Notes under the pieces: model-generated | Told to the model about the DNA's origin: nothing | Databases searched by the model: none | Seen by the model: the letters and a program-made list of their open reading frames with translations, nothing else | Position numbers and translations under genes: made by a program | From: Camelus ferus | Lineage: Eukaryota | DNA length: 64,000 bases | Reading direction: 5' to 3' | NCBI RefSeq assembly: GCF_009834535.1 | Contig: NC_045704.1 | Span: 62,248,001-62,312,000, forward strand | In this document: positions 13,868-25,630 of the stretch, piece by piece | Position numbering within the stretch: the first letter of the stretch is position 1 | Layout: each line of letters opens with the position of its first letter

Positions 13868-13910
<43 letters not shown>
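13868..13910 (+). repeat. (CA)21 microsatellite
   Basis: Perfect dinucleotide run, read directly. Confidence 0.98.
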
Positions 13911-13914
<4 letters not shown>

Positions 13915-14129
13915 CATCCCTCAGGCACTGGGGACCTGGCGAGGAGCTTGTTCCCACTCAATCTTGCTTGATTGGCTTTGTCACTTCCCCTCCCAGAGGA
14001 CTCCAGTCCCCCAGAGAGGGACACCTCTTGCTTGCCCTAAGAAACTGCATTTGGAAGAGAAAAATCTTATATCCCTACATTGGTGACTGTCATGCGCCCT
14101 CACTCTTCCAGTTCAATCTGTCCCTGACA

Positions 14130-14665
14130 TGTTGCCAAGGGAGGGTGAGAATTATCTCTTCACTCGTGGGGAAGCTGAGGCACTGATGAGGGAGTAGGAC
14201 TGTTCAAGGTCACATAGGCAGTTCTGGGCTGTCAGTCAGGGTCCATGAGGCCTCTGCAAGGCATTTAGCAGACACCTGGCAGCCCACAAGAACCTGCAAG
14301 TAAGCTGGACTTGGGTTCAGAAGACCAGAGTTTGAATCCTGCCTCTGCTGTGTGACCCTAGACAAATCACATCACCTCTCTGTTTCCTCATTAGTAAAAT
14401 ACAGAAAATAAAATGTATTTCACAAGGTTGAGGTGAAATATCAATGAGAAAGTGCCTCCAGAGGTTCTTATTACAGTTTTTTGCTCCTGATTCTAGCAAC
14501 AGTAATACCTGGCACTGTTTACAGAGCATGCTCCAAGTACATTATCTCATTTAACCCTCGTGACACCATAAGAAATCAGCATTTCAATTTTATACATGAG
14601 GCAAACTGAGGAAATTCCCTGGAGTCAGTTTGAAAGCAATAGAACGGAGAACCAAAACTCAGATC
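14130..14665. mobile_element. Cluster of three MIRs in alternating orientation (- 14130-14240, + 14305-14460, - 14495-14665)
   Basis: MIR core motifs gtttgaatcctgcctctgctgtgtgaccctagacaaatcac (sense) and ttatacatgaggcaaactgagg (antisense). Confidence 0.7.
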
Positions 14666-14729
14666 ATTTTTCTTTAAAAGCTGTACAACTCTATTATATT
14701 TTACCCTTCCTTGCCTTAAGGAAAAGCAT

Positions 14730-14880
14730 TATATTCTTGTTTTAGATATTTTGGAAAATACAGAAAACCACAAAAAAAAAAAAAAAGAGAGAAAGAGAAA
14801 GAAATACAATTCACTATAAGCCCATTATCCTGAGATAACCCCCAGTAACATTTTGATGAAATCCAGAATCTTCCTATTAC
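14730..14880. mobile_element. Ancient L1ME/MC-like fragment
   Basis: aaaatacagaaaacc...cctgagataacccccagtaacattttg resembles the old L1 3' region. Confidence 0.45.
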
Positions 14881-15579
14881 TTAGAAGAATCACACAATGC
14901 AGTGAGGGGCAGGAGTGCTCTGGAGACTGAGATGGTTGATGGATTGGCTAGGTTAGGCCTGCAAGTTTCTGGGATTAAGTGATTCTGGAAGAATGCTGAA
15001 AGGAAGGGAAGGGTGTGATGTGGAGAACAGGAGGGAGGAGACTGCTGGGCGAGCAGGGCCGAGGCTCAGAGGTGGGGTAGTGAGGACAAGCTCAGGAATC
15101 TGGTGCACCCCAGGCTTGCCTTCTCACTGGGGACCACAGTCACGGCTCATCCATTATCAGTGGATCCCTGAGTTCCCTGAGTCAGGAGGAGTGGCCTCTT
15201 CTTCCTAGCCGATGAGGCTGACATCCTGGAAGACCCTTTGGGGAGCCCTATAACCTCACAGTGACCAGCAGACCTATCCCTGGGGGCCTGGGGTGACTCT
15301 GGGGATATCACCTGTCCCTCTTTAGCCAGTTGGCTTCCCAGTGGGCAGAGCAGCAGGGACAGCTTCAACTAACGCCCTGCCTCAGGTGTGGGAAGTGTGG
15401 TCTGGCATGGCTCTAACCCTACCAGGGCAGCACTGGGCCACTCTGAGAAACCCATCAGCAGCTCTGAGTGTCTCCCCAACGTGCAGGACTACGTCCCAGC
15501 CAGTCAGGCCCTCCTCACCGATCCCTGGGTCCAGACTGCTCATGGTGCGAGTGCCCCAGGGGCAGGGACCTCGTCTTGT

Positions 15580-15765
15580 CATTGTAAGAATATTACTAAC
15601 AAGCCCACATTGCCCTCATATAGCACTACTGAACCTACAGAACCCTTTTGCACACACTGTCTCATTCAATCCTCAGCAAGTCTTTGTAGGGACATTATCC
15701 CAATTCTGCAGAGAAAATTAAGCCAAGACAGAGTGAATTGCCTGAAGGTTGCACAGCAAGTACTA
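15580..15765 (-). mobile_element. MIR SINE
   Basis: tctcattcaatcctcagcaag...cccaattctgcagagaaaattaagcc...gcctgaaggttgcacagcaag. Confidence 0.65.
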
Positions 15766-16419
15766 AAAACTTTCATTTATTTTTGTCTGTCACTTTGGGT
15801 AGGCCCAAAAAGGATTTAGTTAGCTCACAAAACCTATAACATGATTAAAAATAAATGTACAACATCAGACAAATGTGGCAAAAGGAGGAATGAAAGAAAG
15901 TCAAATGGAGTCCAGAGAGGCTGTTACCCAGCACGTAGGCCCTGCCACCCAAATGCTGCCTGGAGCAGATTCACACTTGCCTCAAAACATTCCAGCAGCT
16001 CTGTGAGAAGGGAAGCCTCGTCACAGAATTCTGTGTCCATGAAATAAACACAAACCAAATGCTTGGGAAAAACAAAGCTAGTCCTGCTCCTAGGATGGGG
16101 GGGATCATGCACAACATCACGGGGGCAGCTCAGAGCATGGTCTTTGAATTCCAAAACCTCATGAACACCTCTCAGCTTCCGTTTCTTTGTCTGCAAAGTG
16201 AGGGTAACCCTAAGACCTCGTTCATAAGTTTGTTGTGACACATAAATGAGGTTCTTTTTAAAAAGATTTCTAAAAACGAGTAACTGAGATAACAGACATA
16301 AAGCCCTGTCACACACTACTTAACCAGGACTCCAGAAGCAGTAGAGGAAACCAAAACATTGGGTAATGAGGGTAGCGGATATGATTCCCAATGACAGGCT
16401 TTCAGAAAACCAAGCTGGT

Positions 16420-16650
16420 TTGGCACGGTGGTTGAGAGGGTGGGCCCTGGGGTCTGGCTGCGTGGGTTTGAGCCACATCTCCCTCCTCTTTAGCAAAGTG
16501 GACTGGTTAACATCTTTGTGAATATCTCTGCGCTTGCTTCTTCATCTGTAAAGTGTGGGCGAGAATACTCCCTACTCTGTAAACACAGAGCTCTTAGCCA
16601 AGTGCCCGGCACACAGCAAGCGCTCAGTGAAGGCGAGCCACGAGCTGTAT
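16420..16650 (+). mobile_element. MIR SINE (near full length)
   Basis: ggcacggtggttgagagg...cttcatctgtaaagtg...gtgcccggcacacagcaagcgctcagtgaa. Confidence 0.75.
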
Positions 16651-18224
16651 CTTGCAGGCTCCTCCTGGTCCTCGTCCTCACTGAGGGAGACGCAGGAGTC
16701 TCTGGAATCCAGGGCTCTCGACTTTCCACCGCCACCATCGGTCTTACTGATGTGCTTGTCCCCTGTAGCCCTTAACCCTGGGCTCCATCTAGTAGGTACT
16801 CAATTTTTCCAGGTGGAATGAAACTGGAAAGTGAGAGAAAGGGATTCCAAAGTGACCTAGGAGTTGGAAAAACTCCATCTAACATCAACTGGGCCTCACA
16901 GCCTTTCCAAGCCTCCATTTTCTGATCTATAAAACGAGAAGGGATCTTTGTCATATCCAAGGACCCTTGAGCTCTTATGTCGATTATCACCGAGAGGTCG
17001 TAACTTTCAAACTACTAATTGCAGAAATGGCAGAAGGTACTTGGCTAGGAATTCTATAAAGAGACCCAGTTCCCATCTTAGTCTCTAAGAAGAGGGTGGA
17101 CTAGAACACAGTTGCGGGTGCTTTGCAGAGCCATGGGGGGTGTGGATGGATGGTAATGAATGCTGGTTTTTAGGAGCCATCCCAAGTCCTGGAATGTGTG
17201 ATTTCCCATTGCCTGGCCTAGTGGGAATGGGCCTGGGTTGGCCTGGGAACAGCCTACCTCCCTGAGGAAGAGTGGCCTCAGCTGACACAGACAGGAGATG
17301 CTGAGGTCTGGTGTGAGAGGGGAGGCAGATGGGGGTGGGGGAGGGAGGAAGAGGGGAGAGAGGAAATGCTGGCCACAGTGTGGGAGGCCAGGAAAAGCTG
17401 GGCTGTGACTTGGCACCTGAGAGGTAGGGAGGTCCAGGGAGTAGCAGCAGCCACACCAGGAATAGTAGGAACCCTGGGAATGTCCAGCCTGGGGGGCTGA
17501 GGCTGGGCTGGGCCAGGGGTGTGGCCTTGCCTTGGTGCCAGGCTGGCCTTTCCCTGAGCCTGGGGGCTGTCCAGGCTCATCCAGTGCCCAGAGGCAGTTC
17601 CTCTTGGAGAGAGAGGGAAAGACTTGAAAGAACTCCTGCCAGGAGCTCAGGCAGCACAGCCGTGGCCCTGGCACAGGGGCAGGCAGAAGCTTCGGCTCCA
17701 CCGCCCTCTCCTCTCCACCCCTGGGGCTGCCTCCCAGCCCGAGCCTCCCTCTTTGTGTCTGCCACTCTGCACTTGGTGCCTGGGAGAGGGAATAACCATT
17801 AGTGTCACCTGCTCACCAGCGGGAGACATTAGCTGGCTCTGGCAGAACACGCAGCCTACAATTTTTGGAGGAGTTACAATAATGGAGCTAATTTGGTGTT
17901 TCATCATCACGCTCCTGGGTGAGCAGAGGGGGAAGGGAGGCCCAGGGCCTGGTTCAGAACCACCTTCCAGCACAGAGCTTTGTACTTCCACGGGCATCTT
18001 TAGGGGTCCTGGAGCCATGCTCCCCACTCCCGGGCCCTCCTCTCCCACCAGTAGCTCTTCCTTCCAGAGATGGATGGTCAGAATGCAGCATGGAGACGGC
18101 TGAGGCCAGGCTTGGCCAGCTGCCAATGCAGCTCCACAGCAGGACAACGCAGGAAGGGGCCTGAGAGTTTGAGGACATGGATAAAGAGCCTGCTCTGCCC
18201 TCAACACCAGGCAATGGGGCTTAA

Positions 18225-18410
18225 GCACACACACTCGTTCACCTTCGGTTAACCCCATTTTACAGATGAGAAAGTGAGGCCATGGGAACAACACCTTCAT
18301 TTGACAGTGGAGGAAACCGCAGCTCAAGGAAGCCCCGGGATGCACCCGAGACCACACCACCAGTTGGCAGTAGAGCTAGGATTTGAACCTAGGCCTCCTG
18401 GCTCTGAGTT
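18225..18410 (-). mobile_element. MIR SINE (two tandem partial cores)
   Basis: ccccattttacagatgagaaagtgaggcc, then gcagtagagctaggatttgaacctagg. Confidence 0.75.
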
Positions 18411-20048
18411 CAGTGTCACCTCTAAGTTTATCCTTTTGCTGGGAACACCTGAGCTGGAGCTTGGAGCCCGAGAAGACCCACAGGTGCCTTCCTGAAACCC
18501 ACTTGTTGAAGACACTGCTGGGTGAGGAGGCCCAGGGCTGGGAGGAAAGAAAGAGGCAGCCTGCAAGCCAGCATGCTTCCCATGGGCCTTGAAGCCAGGA
18601 GCTGTGGCCTCTGAAACCCAGCCTGGAAGAGGTCCTCGCTCCCACCCTCTGTTCAGGAACACTCCTGCCCCTCCTTCTCCTCTTGCTGACTGCAACATCT
18701 GCAGGGCACACTGGCCCCTCAGCCCACCAGGTGGCCTTTGGATGGGACAGCCAGTGGGTGCAGGGCCACTGCCTGCCCCAATATGGCAGAAGAATAAGAG
18801 GTTTACAAACAGATTATATGTTTGCTGCACATGAATCTTGATTTTTTCCACTAGCACCTGGCAAAGTCTTCCTTGTGGTTTCCTCATAAACCTCCAAATC
18901 AGGGGCTCAGCAGCTGTCCAGCCACCTCGAGGATAGCTGATGCTGTCAGAGAGGGTCAGGCAAGTTCAACAATGCTCACGGTTACGCAGCTTGAAAGCAG
19001 TAGAGCAGGGATTGGACATGTGACCTCTGGACAAATGACTGGGGTTGTCTTGCTCTGATCCACAAGGACCCCACACCAAAGGAGTGAATCCTGAGATACC
19101 TTGACACCTGCAACTCTCCCCAGAGGCCCATGGGGACTGCAAACCATCGCCCCAGCTCAAGAACTAAGGAAGCAAGAAAACCAAAGTGAGGGAAATAACT
19201 CCAACTCTGCAGGAGACAGCGGGAGACACTTTACCTGCCCAAAACTTCTTCATGAAGGGTTTCCTCCTCCCAGTCCTGGTGTCTGCACCCCAGAGAAGCC
19301 CAGGTAGGAAGGTCTGTGCAGAGAGAGCCCATCTCCTTCCCCTGCTGGACTCCTCCTCCAACCTTCTTCCATGAGGCAGTGTCCCCTGGAGCAACTCAGC
19401 ACTTGGTGAGGCGATGATGTCCAGGTGCCCTTCACAAGGAACGGCTGGCCCAGGCCAGGATGCCGGCACCGGGGGTTGCAGTGAGCAGGAGGTGGGTCCC
19501 CTCGCAGTCTGTAACATGGGCTGACATCATGCACTTGTCCCTTTTCAAGAGGAATCAGACTGGGGCAGGCAGAGGGAAGCAAAGACTCTAAGCCTCAGAG
19601 ATGTCCTCTTTAGTGCTTCTCGCTTCCAGAACATGGAGAAATTTTGCTTTCAAAACCCACACAGGTCCTTCGCCCGCATGAGCCTCCATAAACAGGGGCA
19701 GAAGGTGCGTGGAGTGGAGAGGAGGCTGGGTGACACGATGGAGAAGAGCGAGACTTTCAGAGTCAGCAGACGGGAGTCCAAGTCCAGAAGTGGTTGATCA
19801 CTGTGGGACCCTAGGCGATCACTTAACCTCTATGAACCTCAACATGGCAATAATTGTGGGTTTCTCGGAGGAATGCTGTATGAACGAAATGAATTAAGTA
19901 GAGTATGTTAAATACCCAGCCTGGCCTGTACAAACAAGTAGTCCCCTTCACTCTTGACTTTGGCTTTGATCACAAAAAAATAATCAGAAGAAACTTCAAA
20001 ACCCTAACCAGAGTGTGGTTGCTCAACTGATTCTTCTAACTCCATAAG

Positions 20049-20207
20049 GCTGTGGTTCTCAGTTCCTAAGACTTCCCTGGAGGGCTTGTTAAAACGCAGT
20101 GTTGGGCCCCACGCCCGGTAAGGGTGGGCCCATTAATTTGTATTTCTAACAAGTTCCAGGTGACGCTGACTCTACTGGTCAGAGAATCACACTTGGAGGA
20201 CCACCGC
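20049..20207. mobile_element. hAT-Charlie MITE (MER5A-like)
   Basis: gtggttctca...ctggagggcttgttaaaacgcag...tttgtatttctaacaagttccaggtgacgctga...cacacttggaggaccac. Confidence 0.75.
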
Positions 20208-20534
20208 AATAAGGCATATTTACAGAATGGTGGCGGGTATCTTTAAAACACTGTCTAGTTTTCTTAAACCCTCTAAATGTGGGTGAGGCACCTTCTGCTA
20301 AAACTTAGCTATGCAGCGTGCCTGAGGTGTGTAGAGCAAAGGTGAAGGGCGAGAGCGTGCCTGTGCTCCAGGTGCTCAGCTTGGCTTTGACCCACTGGAA
20401 TCTTGTTTGCACCTAACAAAGGAGAGGGGGCTTTTCTACTGAGCCTAACTTTTGCCTGGCAACACTGATATTGAGCGACTTTGGTCAGAGAGACTCTAAA
20501 AAAGTATGGTCCAGGACAACCTCGGAATCTCCTT

Positions 20535-20722
20535 GTTTGCCTTATGTTACAAACTGAGGATACATAAGAATCACCTGGGAAGCCTGTCAATCATTCACAT
20601 CCAGGCCCCACCTGTCAGAGATTCTGACTCTACAGACCTTGGGCCCAGCTCAAGAGTCAAGCCCCCACCTCCCCGTGTGATTCTAATGCAGGAGATGTCC
20701 AGCCCTCACACTGAGGAACACC
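20535..20722. mobile_element. hAT-Charlie MITE (MER5-like)
   Basis: agaatcacctgggaagcc...ccaggccccacctgtcagagattctgact...gtgattctaatgcag...cacactgaggaacac. Confidence 0.7.
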
Positions 20723-20963
20723 TTATTAGATGCCACCATGAGCTGTTACCCACATCTTATTACCCACAGGGACCGTACTGGACAGACCCGAGGCTGAAGT
20801 TAAGCAAGGACCCACACCAATCCTTTTCACCGCCTTCTAACCAGGTGTACCCCACAAAACGACATTGCTCATTAATTCAACAAATAATGCTGGGCATGTG
20901 TTATGCATGTGTTATTTACCTGGCACTGTGCTCAATCCTGAAAATACAGCTGTGAGTAAAATA

Positions 20964-21123
20964 CAGGGCAGGGACCAGGGTAAGGTAAGCAAGGCCCCAT
21001 GGGGCAGAATTTAAGGAGGCATTCGCTCCCGGAGGCACACATGAACCTAAATGTGAGGGCCTCCACCACCTTTGCTTTTGTACCCTGGGCACCTGGTTGG
21101 CTCTGCCCAAGTCCTGAACCTGG
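20964..21123. mobile_element. hAT-Tip100 MITE (MER91A-like)
   Basis: cagggcagggaccagggtaagg...gcagaatttaaggaggca...ttttgtaccctgggcacc..., with diverged inverted ends. Confidence 0.6.
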
Positions 21124-21219
21124 TAAAACAGACTCAGTCCCTGTCCTTCAGGAGCACACAGTCCGGAGCAGGCGGTGTGGCTTTGGAAGAAGTGGCCTGA
21201 AGGATGGATGAACACCTGT

Positions 21220-22000
21220 CCTGTGAAGAGTTGGGCAAAGAATGATCAAGCAGAGGGAGCAGAATGTGTAAATTCCCCGGGGGCAGAAAGAACCTGGAAC
21301 CTTGAGCTGAAAGAGCCTGAGGGACTAATGCGTAGCGAGGGGGCAAAGGGTTGAGCCCTGGTCATGCAGGGCCCTGTAGGTCTCGATAAGGGTTTTGGCT
21401 TTTCTTCTACCGCAAGGGGAAGCCACTGGAAGGTTTTAAACAGAGAAGTGACATGATCCATCTTACAGTTTTGGAAGAGCTTTCTGGCTGCTGTGTGGAA
21501 AGTGGGGACAGGAGGACAGAGGGAAGCAAGGTGGGGGGAGGCCGTTAGGAGGCTGTGGCCTGTGGGCAAGTGAGAGGTGACTTTGCCCTCTGTGCGGCAC
21601 TGGAGACAGAGAGAGGTGGGTAGACTCAAGATTGAATCTGGAGGTAGAATTGACAGGGCTTGGTGATGAACTGAATGCAAAGGAGAGAGGAAGGCAGGCA
21701 TTAGCAATGAGGTCTTGTTCCCGCCTGGAGAAACTGGATGGGGCCATTTCCTGAGTAAGGGAAAGCAAGACAAAAATGTCAGCGGAAGCTCCAGGTTCAT
21801 CTTGAGCATCTGAGAAGTTGCGATTTCTGTGAGACGCCAGACTGGGCTGTCATGTTGGACAAAGGAGTCCGGAGTCTAGAGGAGAGGTCTGTGAAGGGGC
21901 CATGAATTCGGGGGTCAGGAGCATGGAGATGGGCATTAGCATTATGCTTAGGGGAGGAGAGGAGTGTTAGAACCCACTGCATAGAGGCAGGGATGTGAGG
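21220..22000 (-). mobile_element. L2 LINE fragment
   Basis: agccactggaaggttttaaacagagaagtgacatgatccatcttacagttttggaagagctttctggctgctgtgtgga is a classic antisense L2 segment. Confidence 0.85.
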
Positions 22001-23559
22001 AGGGTCCAGCAGAGACTGGGAAGGAGTAAGGGGACAGGTGGGAGGAGAACTGAAAGAAGAGGATGCTTCAAGAGTAGGATGGGCAACTCTCTGAAAGGCC
22101 ACAAAGAGGTTCTTCTCAGAGCAGCCTCACCACAGCAAGACCCAGAGGTCTGGCGCATCTGGAGCAGGGGCGCGGGTGAAGACCTAAACTTCGGGTCAGC
22201 AAAGACACAGAGCAGTGAAAGCCCCCAGGGTTCAAGCACGTGTCCTGGGCTGGGACCAAAGCCCTGCCTGTTGGGACCCCTAAGGCACCTGTTTGCAGAA
22301 GAGGCCCTCCAGAGAGCAGACTACCCTCCACTGAGCTGCCCGCTCTCTCCAGGGGAAACTGACAGCTGTTTGACAGGCGCACGGCAGGACCACTTGAGGC
22401 AAGAAATGAAGACAGATTCTCATCATTAACGCCATTAATGTGCCATTTACTCCTCTCATTAGTGAGGATGCCAGTGGATGGCCCAGAGTGGAGGTGAGGT
22501 CCTCGGGCCTGGCCTCTCACAGACAAGCACCCCTGGTGCAGACTTGCCAGCTTGACCAGGCGTTGCCTCCATCTCTTCTAGAACTTCTCCAAACTCTGCT
22601 CTCCTCAAACTCCTTCCACCCCCTCATAGCCCCTCTCCCTCTCCACCCACCTTTTAAAAAGTCATTACGAAGAAATCTGCACCTCCCAGTGTGATTCTGA
22701 CTCACAGATATTTGCCCAAAAGTAATGGTGCGTGTGAAACACTAAGCCTGTTTTCAAGGGCAGGTTCATGAAGGAGAGGTTGTGAAAAAGTTTTCTAAAT
22801 AAAACTGTCTGTTTCCCTGAAGATGCTCAGATAGAGAAACATCAGCCTCCCACTGACATGCTGTAGTCTCTCAAGGGGTCCTCTGGGACCAAACCCACCT
22901 CGAGGACCTCACCCACTTCCTCCTGCATCTCCACACTCCCTGAGAGCTGGAGGGCCCCCCTCTTCTCCACGGACCGGTCCCAGGCTCTCAGTGTCCACAC
23001 CACGGGCTGCAGCTGGAGTCTTTGGAGTTCGTTAAAGAAGCTTCAATTCTGCTAGATCACTTATTCATAATGCTGCAAAGCCCTTGGGGCAGAACGCACT
23101 TGAGAGAAAAAGCAGGCATGGAAGTCAGAACAAACAGAACCTGCCCCAACTCCCAGCAGGGAGCCCACGTCAGACACAGCTGGCCCTCCCACCCCGGCCA
23201 CCCCCGGCATCGTCCTCGTGCCCTGGAAGCCCAGGCCTGAGGAGGAGCGGGGAACAGCCCACATCAGCCAGGCCCGGCTGCTCACAGCAGGAGCCCCCTC
23301 TCAGCACCCCAGGAAGGAGCATCCACCCCCTTGACTCCCCTCTCCCAGCAGAGAGTTGAGCAGCCGTGGGGGCGCAGGGCGGGTGGGGTGTCAGTCTCCA
23401 CTCTCCTCCACTGCAGGCCCCCCGCCCCAGCCACTGGGCCACCAGATCCTGATTTTTTAATCAGATGTGACTTGCCTTGCTTCAGGGCATTTGTAACACC
23501 TGTCCCTAGGCCATGAGACCCAGGGACGCGCCCCAAGCCAGACCAGAGGAGTGAGGGGA

Positions 23560-24240
23560 GGTTACCCAAGAGGAGGGAATGGACAGCTGGCCTGGAAAGA
23601 TGAGTGTTGACCGGTAGTCAGAAGTAGGGAAAGGTTATTTCAGGTGGTGGAAAGAACAGGATGAAGGCATGAGATGTGAAAGAACCTGCAGGGTTTGGGG
23701 AGAGGGAGTCATAGAGAGGTAGGCCGGGGCAGTGGCTAAAACTGTGAGTTCTGGAGCCTGGCTGCCTGGGGTCACATCCTAGCTCTGCCACTTAGTAGCT
23801 GTGTGTTGGGCCAGTGGCTCAGCCTCTCTGTACTCCAGTGTCTCCACGTAGAAAATGGAGACAATAATTGCACCATTTCATAAGGCTTTGGTGAAGAGCT
23901 TGATACACATGAGCACGTAGGACTGGATGGCCCATATAGGGCGCCTGGACCAGAATGGTTGGTAAGAAGGGCAAGGGCCAAATCATGGAGAGACTTGAAC
24001 ACTCGATTCCAGTGGCTAAGTGATATTCAAGCTGGCTCCTGGAAGCTCCAAGAGGCCCGCTGAGGGATGGAAGATGGCTCTGGGTGTCCCATCTCTGAGC
24101 CACTTTTCATCTCGTATATAGTTGGACTTCTAGTAATCCTTCATCTGAAGAAGAGTTCTCCAACTACAAGTTAAGTTTGGAATGCAGAGCCATTGAAGGA
24201 TTTTGAGCAGACGAACAACCCCCTGTTCACATCTATTTCC
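23560..24240 (-). mobile_element. L2 fragment interrupted by a MIR
   Basis: gaacaggatgaaggcatgagatgtgaaagaac and gagccattgaaggattttgagcagacg flank the MIR at 23725-23920. Confidence 0.6.
23725..23920 (+). mobile_element. MIR SINE
   Basis: gttctggagcctggctgcctggggtcacatcctagctctgccacttagtagctgtgtg is close to the MIR consensus. Confidence 0.85.
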
Positions 24241-25399
24241 CTGTTCAGGAGGATAGATCGGAGGGGTGGGTGGAGGGAGTCAGAAAGCTGGGAGGTCCAG
24301 GCAAGAGATGGTGCGGTTGAGCTAAGGGAGCTCTGAGGGGAGAAGCAGAGCGGGCCTGGGTCTGGGGACTCTTAGCAGGCAGAACAGTATGGCTGGGTAA
24401 CTGACTGTTACTGTGTGTGGAGGCTCCCCGAGGGGAGGAAGCTGGGATCCTTCCGGTTTCCACTCCCACCCCAGCCCAGGCCATCCATTCTCTGCAAGCC
24501 TGCTGAGGTCCTGCTTTTCTCAGGGAATAAAATCCAAACATCTTTCAGGATCTCTGAGACCTGGTCCTGCCTCCCTTCCCCGCTGTATCCCAGCTCAGCA
24601 GCTGCCTCTCACCTCTCCATGCCAGGCCCATGCTGTGCCCTGCTGTCCCCTCTGCCAATGCCCTCCTCCCTCCTGGCAGGTCATCTCCTCCCTCTCTCAG
24701 GTCTGATGCTCCCCCACCTGCACTTCTCCCCTGTCCCTGCCCCGCCCCTACTCGCTCCCCTCTGTCACAAGCCCGGTTCACTCAGCACCCTCAGAGCCTC
24801 TCCTGCTTTATTTTTGTCTCCTCCCTCCCCCAGAATACAGGCTCCTGGAGTGCTGGGTCTTTGTCTCACCACTACTGTCTCTCCGTATTTGCGAATGTTA
24901 AGTAGGCGGATAATGAATGAGTGACACACCTGGAGATGGTCTCTGGTGTGGGCGTCTGGGTGGAAGGCGACACTGTGGACTGAGTGGGAAATAGGGGCTA
25001 AAGAGCAGGTGTAGAGACATCTCCTGTCACCTGCAGGGTCAAAGGCAAACTGCCAACCTCATCTGGGCTGCTCTCAGCACCCACCTCCGCGTGGCCCTCT
25101 AGGCACGTGGAACCTGCATGGCCTCCTCTCTGTGTCCTTATGTGCCTGCTGACCCCCTGCCTGGAATGCACTTGTTTCCTCTGCTGTAAACTCCTTTTAC
25201 TCACCTTGCCAGATCCTATCGAATATTACCCCGTCTGCGAAGCCTCCCTTGAAATCCCCCCTCTACCTCCCACGTCTTGTCCACACCTCTCTGGCAGCAC
25301 TGATCAAGCCAGAAACCACTGCTTTCCTATGGGCCTTTCTCTCTCCTGCCCTTGCCCCAGGGCTGAGCTCCTGAGAGTAGCAGTCGTTATGAGGGTAAT

Positions 25400-25630
25400 T
25401 GCTGTAATAGGAATAGCAGCTGACGCTTCCTGAGCGTGTACTCGGTGCCAGGCACTGTGCTAAGCACTTTGCACAGATTACTTCACTTAATCTCTACTTA
25501 ACAATCCTAAGAGGTAGGTACCCATTTCACAGATTAGAAAACCCAGACAATGAAAGGATTAAAGTAAGTCACACTCATAAACGGCAGAGCTAGAACCTGG
25601 ACCCAGAGCTGCCTGGCCCCCAGTCTGTAT
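25400..25630 (-). mobile_element. MIR SINE (near full length)
   Basis: ctgagcgtgtactcggtgccaggcactgtgctaagcactttgcacag...cccatttcacagattagaaaac. Confidence 0.85.

Noticed and set aside
13360-14186. Overlapping 146-185 aa ORFs with HTHT/CVCV runs
   Set aside because: The repetitive runs come from the (CA)21 microsatellite and no domain is recognisable.
17078-18360. Long minus-strand ORFs (207 aa at 17078-17701; 237 aa at 17647-18360)
   Set aside because: GC-rich, Pro/Ser/Gly low-complexity translations with no recognisable domain; one partly overlaps a MIR; several overlapping frames are open, typical of stop-poor composition.
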